IMG/VR virus record: IMGVR_UViG_3300012953_000016
Span: 32,001-96,000 of that record
Strand: one strand, 5' to 3'
DNA from: a virus
DNA length: 64,000 nt
In this document: positions 19,220 through 29,299 of the stretch, piece by piece
Numbering within the stretch: the stretch's first letter is position 1
Layout: every line of letters begins with the position of its first letter
Notes under the pieces: generated by a model
What the model was told of the DNA's origin: nothing
Database searches by the model: none
The model's input: only the letters and a program-made list of their open reading frames with translations
Position numbers and translations under genes: made by a program

Positions 19220-20063
19220 CAGCCTCCGTAATTTCCGACTTAAGTTGGGAGACTAGCAAAAACCTAGAAACGGTCTCATCATTAACGATAGCGATGTCTA
19301 AGCTATCTACAGCTGATTGGACTTTATTCATTTTCTCATTTAAGATAATATTCTTACAATTTTCGGAATAAAGTTCGAGCTCAGTGGTTAAACTTTCTTT
19401 TAGCTCATTCAAGTATCCCTTAAATTCTTTTGTCTCGCCATTTTGAGTACTAAACACATATTCCTTGATCAACGTCTGTTGTTCATCATTTAACTGTTGT
19501 CCGTATCTCTTATTAAATTTTTCTGTCATTAACCGTACCGTTAACGCACTTACGTCACCATCTGATAGTACTTCAAGTGGTTCGTCTTTCTTTTCGGACA
19601 ATAACATATTGCAAACTTTATTCTCATAATCAGCAACACGTGCTAGGTGAGGTTGGGTCTGGTTGCGCCAATCGTTCAGCAATGTCTGGATCGTCGCATA
19701 TTCCCTATATTCATTAATCCTTTGATTATAAAAGGTAGGATCTTCAAGTGAATAATTGATGTCCTTTATTAATGACGCCTTTTCTTTTCTTAGTTGTACC
19801 GAATCAAAATCTAAGGCAGCCTTTTTAGCTTCCTGTAGAATTCGTGTAGCTAAAGACTCTTTATCAACTGACGTTTTAACTAATGCATTAAAAAGTCTAA
19901 ACTCTCTATACAGCTGGGTACCTGGTTGAAAGTGACCCCTAATGATACCTAAAGTAGTTTTATACTTCTCTGTATCATCGCTGATCAAAGATTCAGCCAT
20001 CGTCCGTAGGAGCTGTTCATAGATAATACCAACATTTCTTTTTTTGTTGTGAGACTTACTCAT
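19209..20063 (-). CDS. Hypothetical helical protein between portal and protease, 284 aa
   Basis: Abuts the portal stop and overlaps the protease start; HNKKRNVGIIYEQL...FNKRYG; head-assembly context. Confidence 0.75.
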   Translation of the reverse strand: MSKSHNKKRNVGIIYEQLLRTMAESLISDDTEKYKTTLGIIRGHFQPGTQLYREFRLFNALVKTSVDKESLATRILQEAKKAALDFDSVQLRKEKASLIKDINYSLEDPTFYNQRINEYREYATIQTLLNDWRNQTQPHLARVADYENKVCNMLLSEKKDEPLEVLSDGDVSALTVRLMTEKFNKRYGQQLNDEQQTLIKEYVFSTQNGETKEFKGYLNELKESLTTELELYSENCKNIILNEKMNKVQSAVDSLDIAIVNDETVSRFLLVSQLKSEITEADDE

Positions 20064-22127
20064 TTACTCATTATCCTCTTGATTATCCAGTGCTATATCA
20101 AAATCAATATCATCATCTAGATCTTCTTGATTCTCCAAAATCATACGTTTACTAGTATTACCTATTGCGCTGGACAGTTTACTTAACGTAGATTCTATCT
20201 CTCTTGTCATTCTAGAGTGCTGTTGAATTTTATTGTCTAAAAAGTCACTCATCCCGGGAACTGACTGGCGAGAGCGACCAGCATTTTCACGAAATGGATC
20301 TTTGAAGAAGTCATTATCAAACGGCTTATTTGAAGTATCTTGTTTTCTGGTAGCACCCCCAGTTGAGGTCATGCTAAGAAAGTCAGGCATATGTGTTGAA
20401 TCTGCACCAAAACGAACCTTGCGAGATTTCTTTATCGGTTCCCCAAATGCATTCCTGATTTGTGCCTGAGCTTTGGTAGGAGATTCTTCATCATCAATTG
20501 ACAAAATGTGTACATTGTCATCATCGTCTTCTTCGTCGTCATCGTCATCACCTTCTCCTTTCGAGGGAAGTGCTGTTAATAACTCACCTGAAACTTTATC
20601 ACCGGCAAAAAGATCATCCCCGCCAGCATCATCTTCTCCTCCGCCAGCATCATCTTCTGGCGCGTCTCCAAAGAGATCGCCTCCGCCGGCGCCACCGCCG
20701 GCGTCACCACCGGCTTCGGCACCGGGTGCTTGGGTAGCTTCAATTTCTAAGTCGCTAACCTTGTCAACTTTCTTTCCTTCTTCAATCTGCTTAATTTCCT
20801 GATCAGTGAGACCCATTACATTCTTTCGTATCCACCGGCGGTCGACCATCCCTTCCGGTGCTGTACCGGCTATCTCAAAACGTGCACGAATTAACTCTAG
20901 TTTTTGTTGCTGTGCAACTGAGGATGGGTTTGATAGTTGTAATTCGAAATCTAATAAGTCATCGCCTTCATACCCATGGGAAAATAAGTGAATCATAGCT
21001 AATTTATTTAACTCTGATAGTACTGTTTTCTGGATTCTCTGAATCGTCCTAGAAAACCTAATATCTTCTTGGGCCAAGGTTGCTTTCGAGCCCACATCTT
21101 CATCATATCCCAAATATGCTCGAGGAATCTTTAACGCAGCGAATAATTTCTTTTGGATATATTCAACATCCTCGATTGCTGTTGTATTCTGTCCACCTGC
21201 GAGAGTATCAATCTTTGTGCCTGATTCACCACCTCTAACAGGTAGAAAATAGTCTTCATCAACAGATAATGGATTATACCTTAGATCTACACGGCCGGTG
21301 TCTTTATCAACCACTGCCGACCTCTTGAGGCTAGTCTGTGCCTGTTCTAGGTATTCCGCAACATTCTCAGGAGGGACATTACCTACATCAATATAAAATA
21401 CACGACGTTCAGGTGCCCTTATAACCCTATAGACTAACATAGCATCTTCAATCAAAATCAACTGGCGCCAGATTCTCCTTGCCGGCTCAAGTACGGAAGA
21501 TCCATATGGTAGAAAAGCATCATTCCCTAATAGCCTAAAATGTGCAACTTGCCAGTTTTCTAAAATTTGATTACCTTGTGTAATCCACCTAAATCTTACT
21601 GCGGCTGGATCTTCTGGATCAAATCCTTCTTCTCGTTCCATTTCAGAAATTGGGATTGGATATGCATTAATAATTCCATATTCCGGTGAGACATCAGTAC
21701 ACAAAAAGAAATCGCCGTATTTACATAAATTTCGGACCCACATCGTTAGATTAAATTCAATGTTTAGCGTATCATAAAATACTATCTCAAGTAGTTCCTT
21801 AATTTTCCTATTGTCAGAGTGAATGTGTAGGTTGACGCCTTTCTCATTAACAGACGTCGTTTCTTCAGAGTAAATATCTAATGCAGCAGATATCTCCGGG
21901 GTTGCCTCCATCTCGCTGAAATCACTGTACCTTGACATCCTATCGAAGGATCCATACGTACTTAGGGTATTGTTGTAAAGATCATTATGGGCCTTGCCGA
22001 ACATCTGCATAGATGAAGCAGCAGATGGTTTGTCATAACCTTTTACCCTTCTTTTAATTTGTGGACCCGCGCGGAATAACTGCGTTAATCTTTGAAACAG
22101 ATTCGGATTCTTTTTTCTACTTGGCAT
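20064..22127 (-). CDS. gp20: Portal vertex protein (T4 gp20-like), 687 aa
   Basis: PYGSSVLEPARRIWRQLILIEDAMLVYRVIRAPERRVFYIDVGNVPP, EDYFLPVRGG, TKIDTLAGGQN, DVEYIQKKLFAALKIP. Confidence 0.97.
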   Translation of the reverse strand: MPSRKKNPNLFQRLTQLFRAGPQIKRRVKGYDKPSAASSMQMFGKAHNDLYNNTLSTYGSFDRMSRYSDFSEMEATPEISAALDIYSEETTSVNEKGVNLHIHSDNRKIKELLEIVFYDTLNIEFNLTMWVRNLCKYGDFFLCTDVSPEYGIINAYPIPISEMEREEGFDPEDPAAVRFRWITQGNQILENWQVAHFRLLGNDAFLPYGSSVLEPARRIWRQLILIEDAMLVYRVIRAPERRVFYIDVGNVPPENVAEYLEQAQTSLKRSAVVDKDTGRVDLRYNPLSVDEDYFLPVRGGESGTKIDTLAGGQNTTAIEDVEYIQKKLFAALKIPRAYLGYDEDVGSKATLAQEDIRFSRTIQRIQKTVLSELNKLAMIHLFSHGYEGDDLLDFELQLSNPSSVAQQQKLELIRARFEIAGTAPEGMVDRRWIRKNVMGLTDQEIKQIEEGKKVDKVSDLEIEATQAPGAEAGGDAGGGAGGGDLFGDAPEDDAGGGEDDAGGDDLFAGDKVSGELLTALPSKGEGDDDDDEEDDDDNVHILSIDDEESPTKAQAQIRNAFGEPIKKSRKVRFGADSTHMPDFLSMTSTGGATRKQDTSNKPFDNDFFKDPFRENAGRSRQSVPGMSDFLDNKIQQHSRMTREIESTLSKLSSAIGNTSKRMILENQEDLDDDIDFDIALDNQEDNE

Positions 22128-22182
22128 CTTACCCTCTTTTCACCATCTAATATTAACTTGCATATGCAAAAAATAAATCTAC

Positions 22183-23787
22183 TTAATCTAATAACCAGCT
22201 ATAGTCTTCATATGGGTTTTCGTCTTCTGATCCAGAGGTAGGCCTGCTTTCATCTAAAACCCGGGGCTTGTATGGGTTTTCTGCAAACTGCCCTTGCTTC
22301 GGGAGCGAAGAATCCTTAAATGTATTTCTGTTTACTGCAAATGCATTTAGCATGGCTGCATTAATATCAACTGATTGTTTATTATAATTCGGGGAAGTAT
22401 CATAAAGCCATACACCAATAGCCAAGGCCATGACGAGGTCATCATTCTGGCCTCTTTGCGCTTGTGCCTTATTACCTTTCCATATAAACGTCTTAAGCTC
22501 ACTGTACAACCTGTCAGAGTATAGTTTGATATGGCCATTGCGTAAGACTTCTTCTAGCTTTGTTAAGATTTGGGCACGAGACTGGCCAGACGTTGTAAAT
22601 CCAGCTTTATGAATGTTACTTTCGCCTGAATACATCGCTGCATATTTGTCTCGCTCCTTCTTATAATAAAGGTTTGGGTATCCAAGCTCAATAAGCTTCA
22701 TAACTACAGCATAGCCATATGTGTTATTCTCTGGACATAATAGAGCCTTACCATATCTCATGCCGGCTTCATTTAATAATATCGCAAACTGGTCCGGCGG
22801 GATTTTGCCCTTATACTCTGCAACGACCTCTGATTCCATTATATCGATTACATGAAATGCTGAATAGTCACCTGCATCACCTCTAGCAATATCGGCAGAG
22901 ACAATATATTTGTGTTCAGAAAGTGCATACTTCCACACCCATACCCCCATATCTGGGCCCCATTTTTCTAATGGAGGCCTTATTTGGGTTCTAATTTTCT
23001 CAATATGCTCAGCCTGCAAGAACGTATCACCAGAAGCAGCAAAATCGCATAACAGCTCTTGTGCGACTTGCTTTTGGGTCAGGTTTTTACTTTCGTTCTC
23101 GAACCACTCATCATCACGCTCAGGGTGCACATCCCAAGGAAGCTTAATCGGGTTAAACTCATTTTCTTTTGAGGCAGCCTTCATATACAGATCATAATAT
23201 TGGCCACCGACACCGTTTGGTGTTGACAGTACAATTGCACGACCACCAGTAGATAGCGTAGGGTACAGGCCCATCCATAACTCATCGAAGTTTCGAACAA
23301 ACGCTGCCTCATCTACGATTAGCAAGGTTAATGCCTCAGAACGACCTGCATCTTCTGACGTCGGAATTGCTTTTACGGAAGAACCATTTGAAAACTCAAC
23401 CGATTGCTTGTTATTACTGACAATCTCTGGTAAAACCAGCCATGGTGGTAAACCTTTAAGCGCTACCTTTACCTTTTTTATGAAGTTCATCGCAACGCTA
23501 AGCTTCGTTGCGATGACAAGAATGTTCTTGTCTTTATAAAAAATTGCTAGCCATACAGCGTATGCAGCAGAGAGCGTCGAAATCCCTAGCTGTCTTGACT
23601 TCAAGATAACATTAAACCGATGAGCAACAAAGTCATCGATGCAGTCGTCCTGAAAGTCAAACGTGGCAAAAGGGATTAATCCGCGAGTAGGATGTTGGAT
23701 CTTTACGTACTTATTAAAAAAGTACTTTGGATCCTTACCACACTTTATAATCTCTTTAACCTGGCGCTGTTTATTAACTGTGGCCAT
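22183..23787 (-). CDS. gp17: Terminase large subunit (T4 gp17-like), 534 aa
   Basis: Walker A variant KSRQLGIST, Walker B LLIVDEAAF, coupling motif STPNG, nuclease SADIARG...DYSA and DDLVMALA. Confidence 0.96.
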   Translation of the reverse strand: MATVNKQRQVKEIIKCGKDPKYFFNKYVKIQHPTRGLIPFATFDFQDDCIDDFVAHRFNVILKSRQLGISTLSAAYAVWLAIFYKDKNILVIATKLSVAMNFIKKVKVALKGLPPWLVLPEIVSNNKQSVEFSNGSSVKAIPTSEDAGRSEALTLLIVDEAAFVRNFDELWMGLYPTLSTGGRAIVLSTPNGVGGQYYDLYMKAASKENEFNPIKLPWDVHPERDDEWFENESKNLTQKQVAQELLCDFAASGDTFLQAEHIEKIRTQIRPPLEKWGPDMGVWVWKYALSEHKYIVSADIARGDAGDYSAFHVIDIMESEVVAEYKGKIPPDQFAILLNEAGMRYGKALLCPENNTYGYAVVMKLIELGYPNLYYKKERDKYAAMYSGESNIHKAGFTTSGQSRAQILTKLEEVLRNGHIKLYSDRLYSELKTFIWKGNKAQAQRGQNDDLVMALAIGVWLYDTSPNYNKQSVDINAAMLNAFAVNRNTFKDSSLPKQGQFAENPYKPRVLDESRPTSGSEDENPYEDYSWLLD

Positions 23788-23790
23788 TGT

Positions 23791-24165
23791 TTACTGCACT
23801 CTTAAACTGCAGTTCCTGCGATAAATTGCAATCTTACGAGGGTTATGTACGGAAGTAGAAATAAGCTCAATATTATCCATATTCGTTACTTCTTCTAGCT
23901 TTAATGTGCTACCCGAAACTTCTTTATATCGCTTCTTGGTAGCATCTACCTTCGATGCAATAACCTGAATCGATTCATCAACTAATCTATCAACCTGCTG
24001 TCGTAGTGATTGCTCTGAGGCAAAATGTACGACAGTCTGGAATTTGATTTGAAGCTGATCATCTTCAAGGGCACATGTTAATGATCTTGTACCATCACCA
24101 CTACTTTTACCCCATGTATAATTTACAATATCACCTAATTGATTTAATTCGTCTTTTGAAATCAT
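23791..24165 (-). CDS. Hypothetical protein upstream of terminase, 124 aa
   Basis: AGGAG SD; 3 nt gap to the terminase gene; no motif recognised. Confidence 0.75.
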   Translation of the reverse strand: MISKDELNQLGDIVNYTWGKSSGDGTRSLTCALEDDQLQIKFQTVVHFASEQSLRQQVDRLVDESIQVIASKVDATKKRYKEVSGSTLKLEEVTNMDNIELISTSVHNPRKIAIYRRNCSLRVQ

Positions 24166-24193
24166 GATTTATCTCCTGGATATCCTTCCTATC

Positions 24194-24200
24194 TAAATAT
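24194..24200 (-). promoter_or_regulatory. Putative late-promoter motif ATATTTA heading the terminase-portal block
   Basis: About 29 nt upstream of the start at 24165 in a 47-nt gap. Confidence 0.45.
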
Positions 24201-24212
24201 CTAGATAGCGAA

Positions 24213-24518
24213 CTATTTGACCTGATAGATGAAAGAAGGATAGTTATTTCTCTTGTTTAGCTCACTTTTAATTGTTTTTTGGTCAGGTCTCCACCCGTTA
24301 GACCAACCTTCGCTGTGAGGTACTGCCCAGGTTGTCTCGCAATTAATACAACACTTATTTCTACCATATGATAATACATCATCATGATCTCTCATTAGAT
24401 ACATACACACAGGGCACTCTAGCGGGACTACATTGGGTAGCTCAGAAGGCATAATAACTGAATAGTTTTTTAGCTTTCTAAGCTTTCTATCATTGGGAAG
24501 TGTTTTCCAGTTATCCAC
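24213..24518 (-). CDS. Small Cys-rich putative zinc-binding protein, 101 aa
   Basis: CPVC...CCINC; GTG start overlapping the end of the SbcCD fusion. Confidence 0.7.
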   Translation of the reverse strand: MDNWKTLPNDRKLRKLKNYSVIMPSELPNVVPLECPVCMYLMRDHDDVLSYGRNKCCINCETTWAVPHSEGWSNGWRPDQKTIKSELNKRNNYPSFIYQVK

Positions 24519-27500
24519 TCAGTGCCTCCGGTCCTGAACATTGTATTAGCGAGTTTTTACCTTGCTGCCTTATATCCAATACAACATCAACAATATCTTT
24601 AACACCATCTACATGCGAAATAACCAATATGTTCCTAAACCACCGCTTCAGGGATTTAAGCAACCTATTACATGCCTCAACATTCATAGCATCTAAAGCA
24701 CCAAAGCCCTCATCAATTACTAGCAGGTTTGTCTTAGGAAGAGAACTGATATTTATCAGTGCAACCCGAATAGCTAAAGATGCCATCATTTTCTCCATAC
24801 CGGAACCACATTCAATAATACGCCGCGAGTCCCCATAGTTTATGAAAATATCCATAGCATTGCTGTTCGGTTCTGCTTCAAGCTCTACTGTGAACCCAAC
24901 GACATCCTGCAGAATCTTTGATATCTCTGAGTTGATGATTGGTAATTGAGAAGTGATAATCTGTAGTGGGATTCCTTTCTTAGAGACTGCATTCATAAAA
25001 AGCTCATATATCTTCCATTGTGACATTAGGCCCTTGAATTCATCTCTTTCAGTACCAAGACGTGCAATCTCAGATGTAAGCAAACCAATTGATTCAGACA
25101 GGCTCATACGCTGTGAGTCAAGCTCTGATACTACGCGCTTTAGATCATTAATTTTCTTTTTGATCAAGCTTACTTCTTCAGCAACAGATCCATCACTAAC
25201 TCTAAGCCTCATGTCATTGAGTAACTTTTCTTCTTCTAGTATCAATGACTTTAAAGTTGTAATCTCAGTCGATAGTGAGTGTAAATTAACTGCCATCCCG
25301 GAGGCTTCTACTTTTAGATTCGACTCTTGAGACATAATCGAATCATACTTCTCTAACTTCTCCGCTAGGCCTTCTTTTTCTAAAACCTTAATCGACTTCT
25401 TTGTTGATCGTACATTTTCTAAAATAGTAGAGATTTTTTCTTTTTGCTCTACTAGAAGTTTATTGTGCTTATCTGACTTCTTGACATATTGACATTTCGG
25501 CAAGTGCTCAAAACAATCACATGGCTCTAGCTTTTTTGCTAGCTTTTTCTTACTTTCAAGTAACTGCTTCTCTAGATCACGTTGGTGCTCTAGCTCCTGT
25601 AACGTTTTCTCTAGATCTCTCTGGACCTCAAGACGCTCTCTTAGCTCGTCAATGGGGAACTGTTCTTTTATTTGAGATATTTTTTCTACCCTACTATTGA
25701 CCTCATCGTATTCATGGCTAATGTTGGTATGGCGGAGGGATATCTCTGATAGTCTATTTTTTGATTCATCCAGTTTTCTTTGATGATCGGCCACATCCTC
25801 TGACGTCACTAAGTCTTTGTGCTTATGTGTTGCCAAGGATACGGTCAAATCCTGTAACTTCTTTCGCATTGTAGATAAATCATTATCTATTTCATCCCGC
25901 TCATTACTCTTTCTACCCATCGTCATATTTGATTGCATTATTAGATGGTCCCATTCATGATCAGGAGCATTCTTAATCAATGCCTTAATATGTGAAGAGT
26001 CATTAGATGCTGAACTTAGCATTTCTTCAAACATGTTCAGGTTTAAGAAGTTAGTAAGAACAGCTTTTCTCTGGGTGGCCTTATATTTTATGAAATTATT
26101 CATCTCACCTTGGCTGGCCATTGATGTTAACAAAAAGTCATCAGCAGTTCCAACCAGTTTTCTAATAACCTTTTCTGTCTCTGTTCTTTGTGAGCCGCTT
26201 AAATCTTGCGTTACATTACCAGCTGCATCAATTTTGAACAAGTTTAAGTGTGTTACAGCATGCAATTTCCCTGCACGTGTTTCATGTTTTGTTGACTGTC
26301 TTTCAATCCTATATAACTGGCCGTTGATCGACATATCTACAGATCCTTGACAGTATCCTTTTCTGGAATTTATGATATGAAGGTTCTTTATAGACCCCCT
26401 GTCTGTCGTATTAAATAAGGTATACATTAATGATCCGGGGATTGAAGACTTCCCTGACCTATTTGGGCCGAATAGTCCGACGATACCATTTAGATCATCA
26501 AAATTAATATAATTTCCCTTGCCGTAAGAAAATGTATTATCAAACCTAAATTTCTTTACTGACCACTTGACGTTTCTAGCTGCATCGCCATTTGATATTT
26601 GTGGTACGTATTTATTTATTAGTTCGTCTAATGCTAACCATTCTTCATCATCTAAATCAATTTCTGAATAGTATTCTCTCATTAGTTTTGAGTGTGTCTT
26701 TGCATCACGAAGGTCATCCTTGAATAACTCACCGTTGCCAAGATTGATAACAGATGTATTCTCTGTGTCAATGTCATTCTTATAGACAATCTCTGTAGCA
26801 TCTTTAAACTCTTTAAGAGCAGAGTGCAGCTGCTTTATCTCATGCTGCGATAATTGCTGATTTGTCCGGACTCGAAACCTTGAGCCGTCTGGATGTTTTT
26901 CTGCTTCGTCAAGGGTCGATTGCACATCATCTACCCAATCGATCGTTACAAATGGCTTTGTGTGGGGTACCTCATAAAAAGTTGACCTAAAATTGTCTTT
27001 GTCTTCAATTTCCCAAAATAAGAACCCCTTACCCGGGTCTTCACCATAATTCTGTTGAATTGTTGAACCTGGATATGCAATTCTTTTTTCGTGATCGAGG
27101 TATTGAAGCTTGTGAATGTCACCTAAGAAAGTAAACTCATAATCCTTGAAAAACTCTACATTTACCTCACCATCAATTTTCCAATTGATATCAGTATGAG
27201 AACCCTCAACGCCTCCGTGGAATGTTGCGATGTTGATCTCACCAGGTACCGGCTGAACTTCATCCCAGGAATCCATATCAAAACATGAAAACACACACCA
27301 GTTAAATCCAGGAATGCCAACCGGATATGTACCAGAGTCCTTATAGAGGAATAAACGAGGATTATTTAGCGCTGAAATAATGGGGCTAATCGCATCCTGC
27401 CTGTCCTTATTCATCATTAGGCCGTCGTGATTACCTAATATGATATGTGTAGGGGCAATCTCTGCTAGTCCTGTAAACCACCAGTTTAGAATATCAATTA

Positions 27501-27675
27501 GCTCAGGAGAAATCCCCTGCGTCTTTGAATGAACGATGTCGCCACCAACAAAAATAGCATCTGGATTCAGGCTTTTTGCTTTCTCAAAAAAAGCTTGAAA
27601 TGATTCGCGGTATTCATCATGGCGAGTTAAGCCCCTAAAATGAATATCTGATATATGTACACACTTAAAACTCAT
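24511..27675 (-). CDS. SbcD(Mre11/gp47)-SbcC(Rad50/gp46) fusion nuclease-ATPase, 1054 aa
   Basis: Metallophosphoesterase motifs HISDIH, VGGDIVH, LGNHD, LGDIH, YPGS; then Walker A GPNRSGKSS, Q-loop SQG, coiled coil, signature GSGMEK, Walker B VIDEGFGALD, H-loop VISH. Confidence 0.93.
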   Translation of the reverse strand: MSFKCVHISDIHFRGLTRHDEYRESFQAFFEKAKSLNPDAIFVGGDIVHSKTQGISPELIDILNWWFTGLAEIAPTHIILGNHDGLMMNKDRQDAISPIISALNNPRLFLYKDSGTYPVGIPGFNWCVFSCFDMDSWDEVQPVPGEINIATFHGGVEGSHTDINWKIDGEVNVEFFKDYEFTFLGDIHKLQYLDHEKRIAYPGSTIQQNYGEDPGKGFLFWEIEDKDNFRSTFYEVPHTKPFVTIDWVDDVQSTLDEAEKHPDGSRFRVRTNQQLSQHEIKQLHSALKEFKDATEIVYKNDIDTENTSVINLGNGELFKDDLRDAKTHSKLMREYYSEIDLDDEEWLALDELINKYVPQISNGDAARNVKWSVKKFRFDNTFSYGKGNYINFDDLNGIVGLFGPNRSGKSSIPGSLMYTLFNTTDRGSIKNLHIINSRKGYCQGSVDMSINGQLYRIERQSTKHETRAGKLHAVTHLNLFKIDAAGNVTQDLSGSQRTETEKVIRKLVGTADDFLLTSMASQGEMNNFIKYKATQRKAVLTNFLNLNMFEEMLSSASNDSSHIKALIKNAPDHEWDHLIMQSNMTMGRKSNERDEIDNDLSTMRKKLQDLTVSLATHKHKDLVTSEDVADHQRKLDESKNRLSEISLRHTNISHEYDEVNSRVEKISQIKEQFPIDELRERLEVQRDLEKTLQELEHQRDLEKQLLESKKKLAKKLEPCDCFEHLPKCQYVKKSDKHNKLLVEQKEKISTILENVRSTKKSIKVLEKEGLAEKLEKYDSIMSQESNLKVEASGMAVNLHSLSTEITTLKSLILEEEKLLNDMRLRVSDGSVAEEVSLIKKKINDLKRVVSELDSQRMSLSESIGLLTSEIARLGTERDEFKGLMSQWKIYELFMNAVSKKGIPLQIITSQLPIINSEISKILQDVVGFTVELEAEPNSNAMDIFINYGDSRRIIECGSGMEKMMASLAIRVALINISSLPKTNLLVIDEGFGALDAMNVEACNRLLKSLKRWFRNILVISHVDGVKDIVDVVLDIRQQGKNSLIQCSGPEALSG

Positions 27676-27687
27676 TCAAATCCCAAC

Positions 27688-28662
27688 TTATAATAGTGAA
27701 CCACTTTTTATCGAACCGATTAAATGATATAAACGGTCTGTCGATCTCCATGGCTTAGCAGTCTTTTTAGCATGTAAGAAATCGATTTTACTCATTTCGC
27801 CGACATCGCTAAACTGTCCAAGGTCTAAAACTCTAACCTGAATTCCATATGAAGATAACAATTTACAATACTTTTGTGTCTTATCATTCATATCAGAATC
27901 TAGGGCTAATAAGACTGGAGTCTTATTTTTTATAATCTTCCGGAATACTGCATACTCTTCAGAGAAATGTGAACCCAGAAGGCATGTTGAGTTGCTATCA
28001 CATTTCGTAAGATCCATAGGGCCTTCGACAAGTGTTAGCTCTTTAGACCAATCGATGTTTATCTCATTAAAGATAACATTTTTCTTTGAAACCTTAGCAT
28101 TCAAATACTTCATCTTATTCTCGTCTTTATCAATTGTTCGGGCCACGAAGTAATTTAGATCACCGACGTCATTAAACGATGGCATAATAAGTCGTCTTCT
28201 AAACTTTCCTTTAGTACATGTACCAAGTTTAAAGTACCAAAAGTCACGGTTCGTCAAATTTCTAGATCTTGCATACCTAATTGTCTCTTGAACATCAGGA
28301 TCTCTCAAAGAAACGCTAGTAGCTAAAAGCTTAAACCCATCCGGAGGTATTACTACTTCTTCTTCCTGAGTGTCTGTCGCAACAAATTTCTTTTTACCAG
28401 CAAATTTATTTTCATACTCATGCAGATGACCAGGAAAATATTTCCTCAACATACCATGAAGTGTTCGACCTCTTAAATCACAAACCCAACAATGAAACTG
28501 GTCACTGTCTATTTTGATAATTAGTTTTTTCTTTGAAGAAACGCCATATGATCCACATCTAGGGTTGGGGCAACACACAGCAACGTTAAGGCCATCAGTG
28601 CCAACGACACATGTGCCAAACATCTTGTTCAAAAACCTAATTTTATCGCTCACAGTAGACAT
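27688..28662 (-). CDS. DNA primase, DnaG/T4 gp61-like, 324 aa
   Basis: Zn ribbon CCPNPRC...FHCWVC; RRLIMP...YFVART...KYLN; TOPRIM LVEGPMD and LALDSD; DVGE. Confidence 0.85.
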   Translation of the reverse strand: MSTVSDKIRFLNKMFGTCVVGTDGLNVAVCCPNPRCGSYGVSSKKKLIIKIDSDQFHCWVCDLRGRTLHGMLRKYFPGHLHEYENKFAGKKKFVATDTQEEEVVIPPDGFKLLATSVSLRDPDVQETIRYARSRNLTNRDFWYFKLGTCTKGKFRRRLIMPSFNDVGDLNYFVARTIDKDENKMKYLNAKVSKKNVIFNEINIDWSKELTLVEGPMDLTKCDSNSTCLLGSHFSEEYAVFRKIIKNKTPVLLALDSDMNDKTQKYCKLLSSYGIQVRVLDLGQFSDVGEMSKIDFLHAKKTAKPWRSTDRLYHLIGSIKSGSLL

Positions 28663-28670
28663 CTTAATTT

Positions 28671-28699
28671 AATATACCCAAGGAACGTATAAGTGTTCA
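28671..28699 (-). promoter_or_regulatory. Putative sigma70-like promoter upstream of the primase gene
   Basis: Minus strand TGAACA-17 nt-TATATT, ending 8 nt before the ATG, with no SD. Confidence 0.35.
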
Positions 28700-28735
28700 T
28701 TGTAACAAGAAAAATATTGAATTTTTATTTTACAA

Positions 28736-29299
28736 CTAGTTTCTGTCTTGACTAGCTATTTTTGACCCTGCCATGGCGATGACATATGCATCTGCGGAGT
28801 CGAAACAACCAGGATCTAAAATCTTTGTATCTTTTCGAGGGCCGCTCTTTAAAGTCTTGAGGGGCCAGCGGTATGTAACCTTATTGTCTACCCAGTCGAA
28901 AACCTGCTCTTTAGTAGGCTTTCCACCTTTTTTCTTCGAGATTATCTTAAGCCCAACTGCTTTCCTAGCTACATTTACATTAATATATTCAGGGGGGCAG
29001 GTAAACTCTTGTTGGGCAAGATAACTTATAATACCATTAAACCTCGCTAAGGTAAGAAGTGTTTTTGCAGACGAGAAACCCGGTCGGAATGCTTGAAGAT
29101 TTTCTTCTATGTACACACTAGTTATTCTATATTGGGTATGTAATGAAGACAGCCTCTCTAGGACTACCTGGGCCTTGTGGTAGGATGATAACTTATTACT
29201 AAGGGGAATATATCCCATATCAACAAATGACCCCTCAGAGGTTACTATACACCAACCGGTACAACTAGTCGAAATATCTAATCCTAAACTATAATTCAC
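28736..29299 (-). CDS. RuvC-like Holliday junction resolvase, 187 aa
   Basis: LGLDISTSCTGW (catalytic D), VYIEE (catalytic E), DSADAYVIA (catalytic D pair); GTG start overlapping the upstream TAG. Confidence 0.85.
   Translation of the reverse strand: MNYSLGLDISTSCTGWCIVTSEGSFVDMGYIPLSNKLSSYHKAQVVLERLSSLHTQYRITSVYIEENLQAFRPGFSSAKTLLTLARFNGIISYLAQQEFTCPPEYINVNVARKAVGLKIISKKKGGKPTKEQVFDWVDNKVTYRWPLKTLKSGPRKDTKILDPGCFDSADAYVIAMAGSKIASQDRN

Noticed and set aside
23791-24165. Possible small terminase subunit
   Set aside because: The position fits but I see no gp16-like motif; left as hypothetical.
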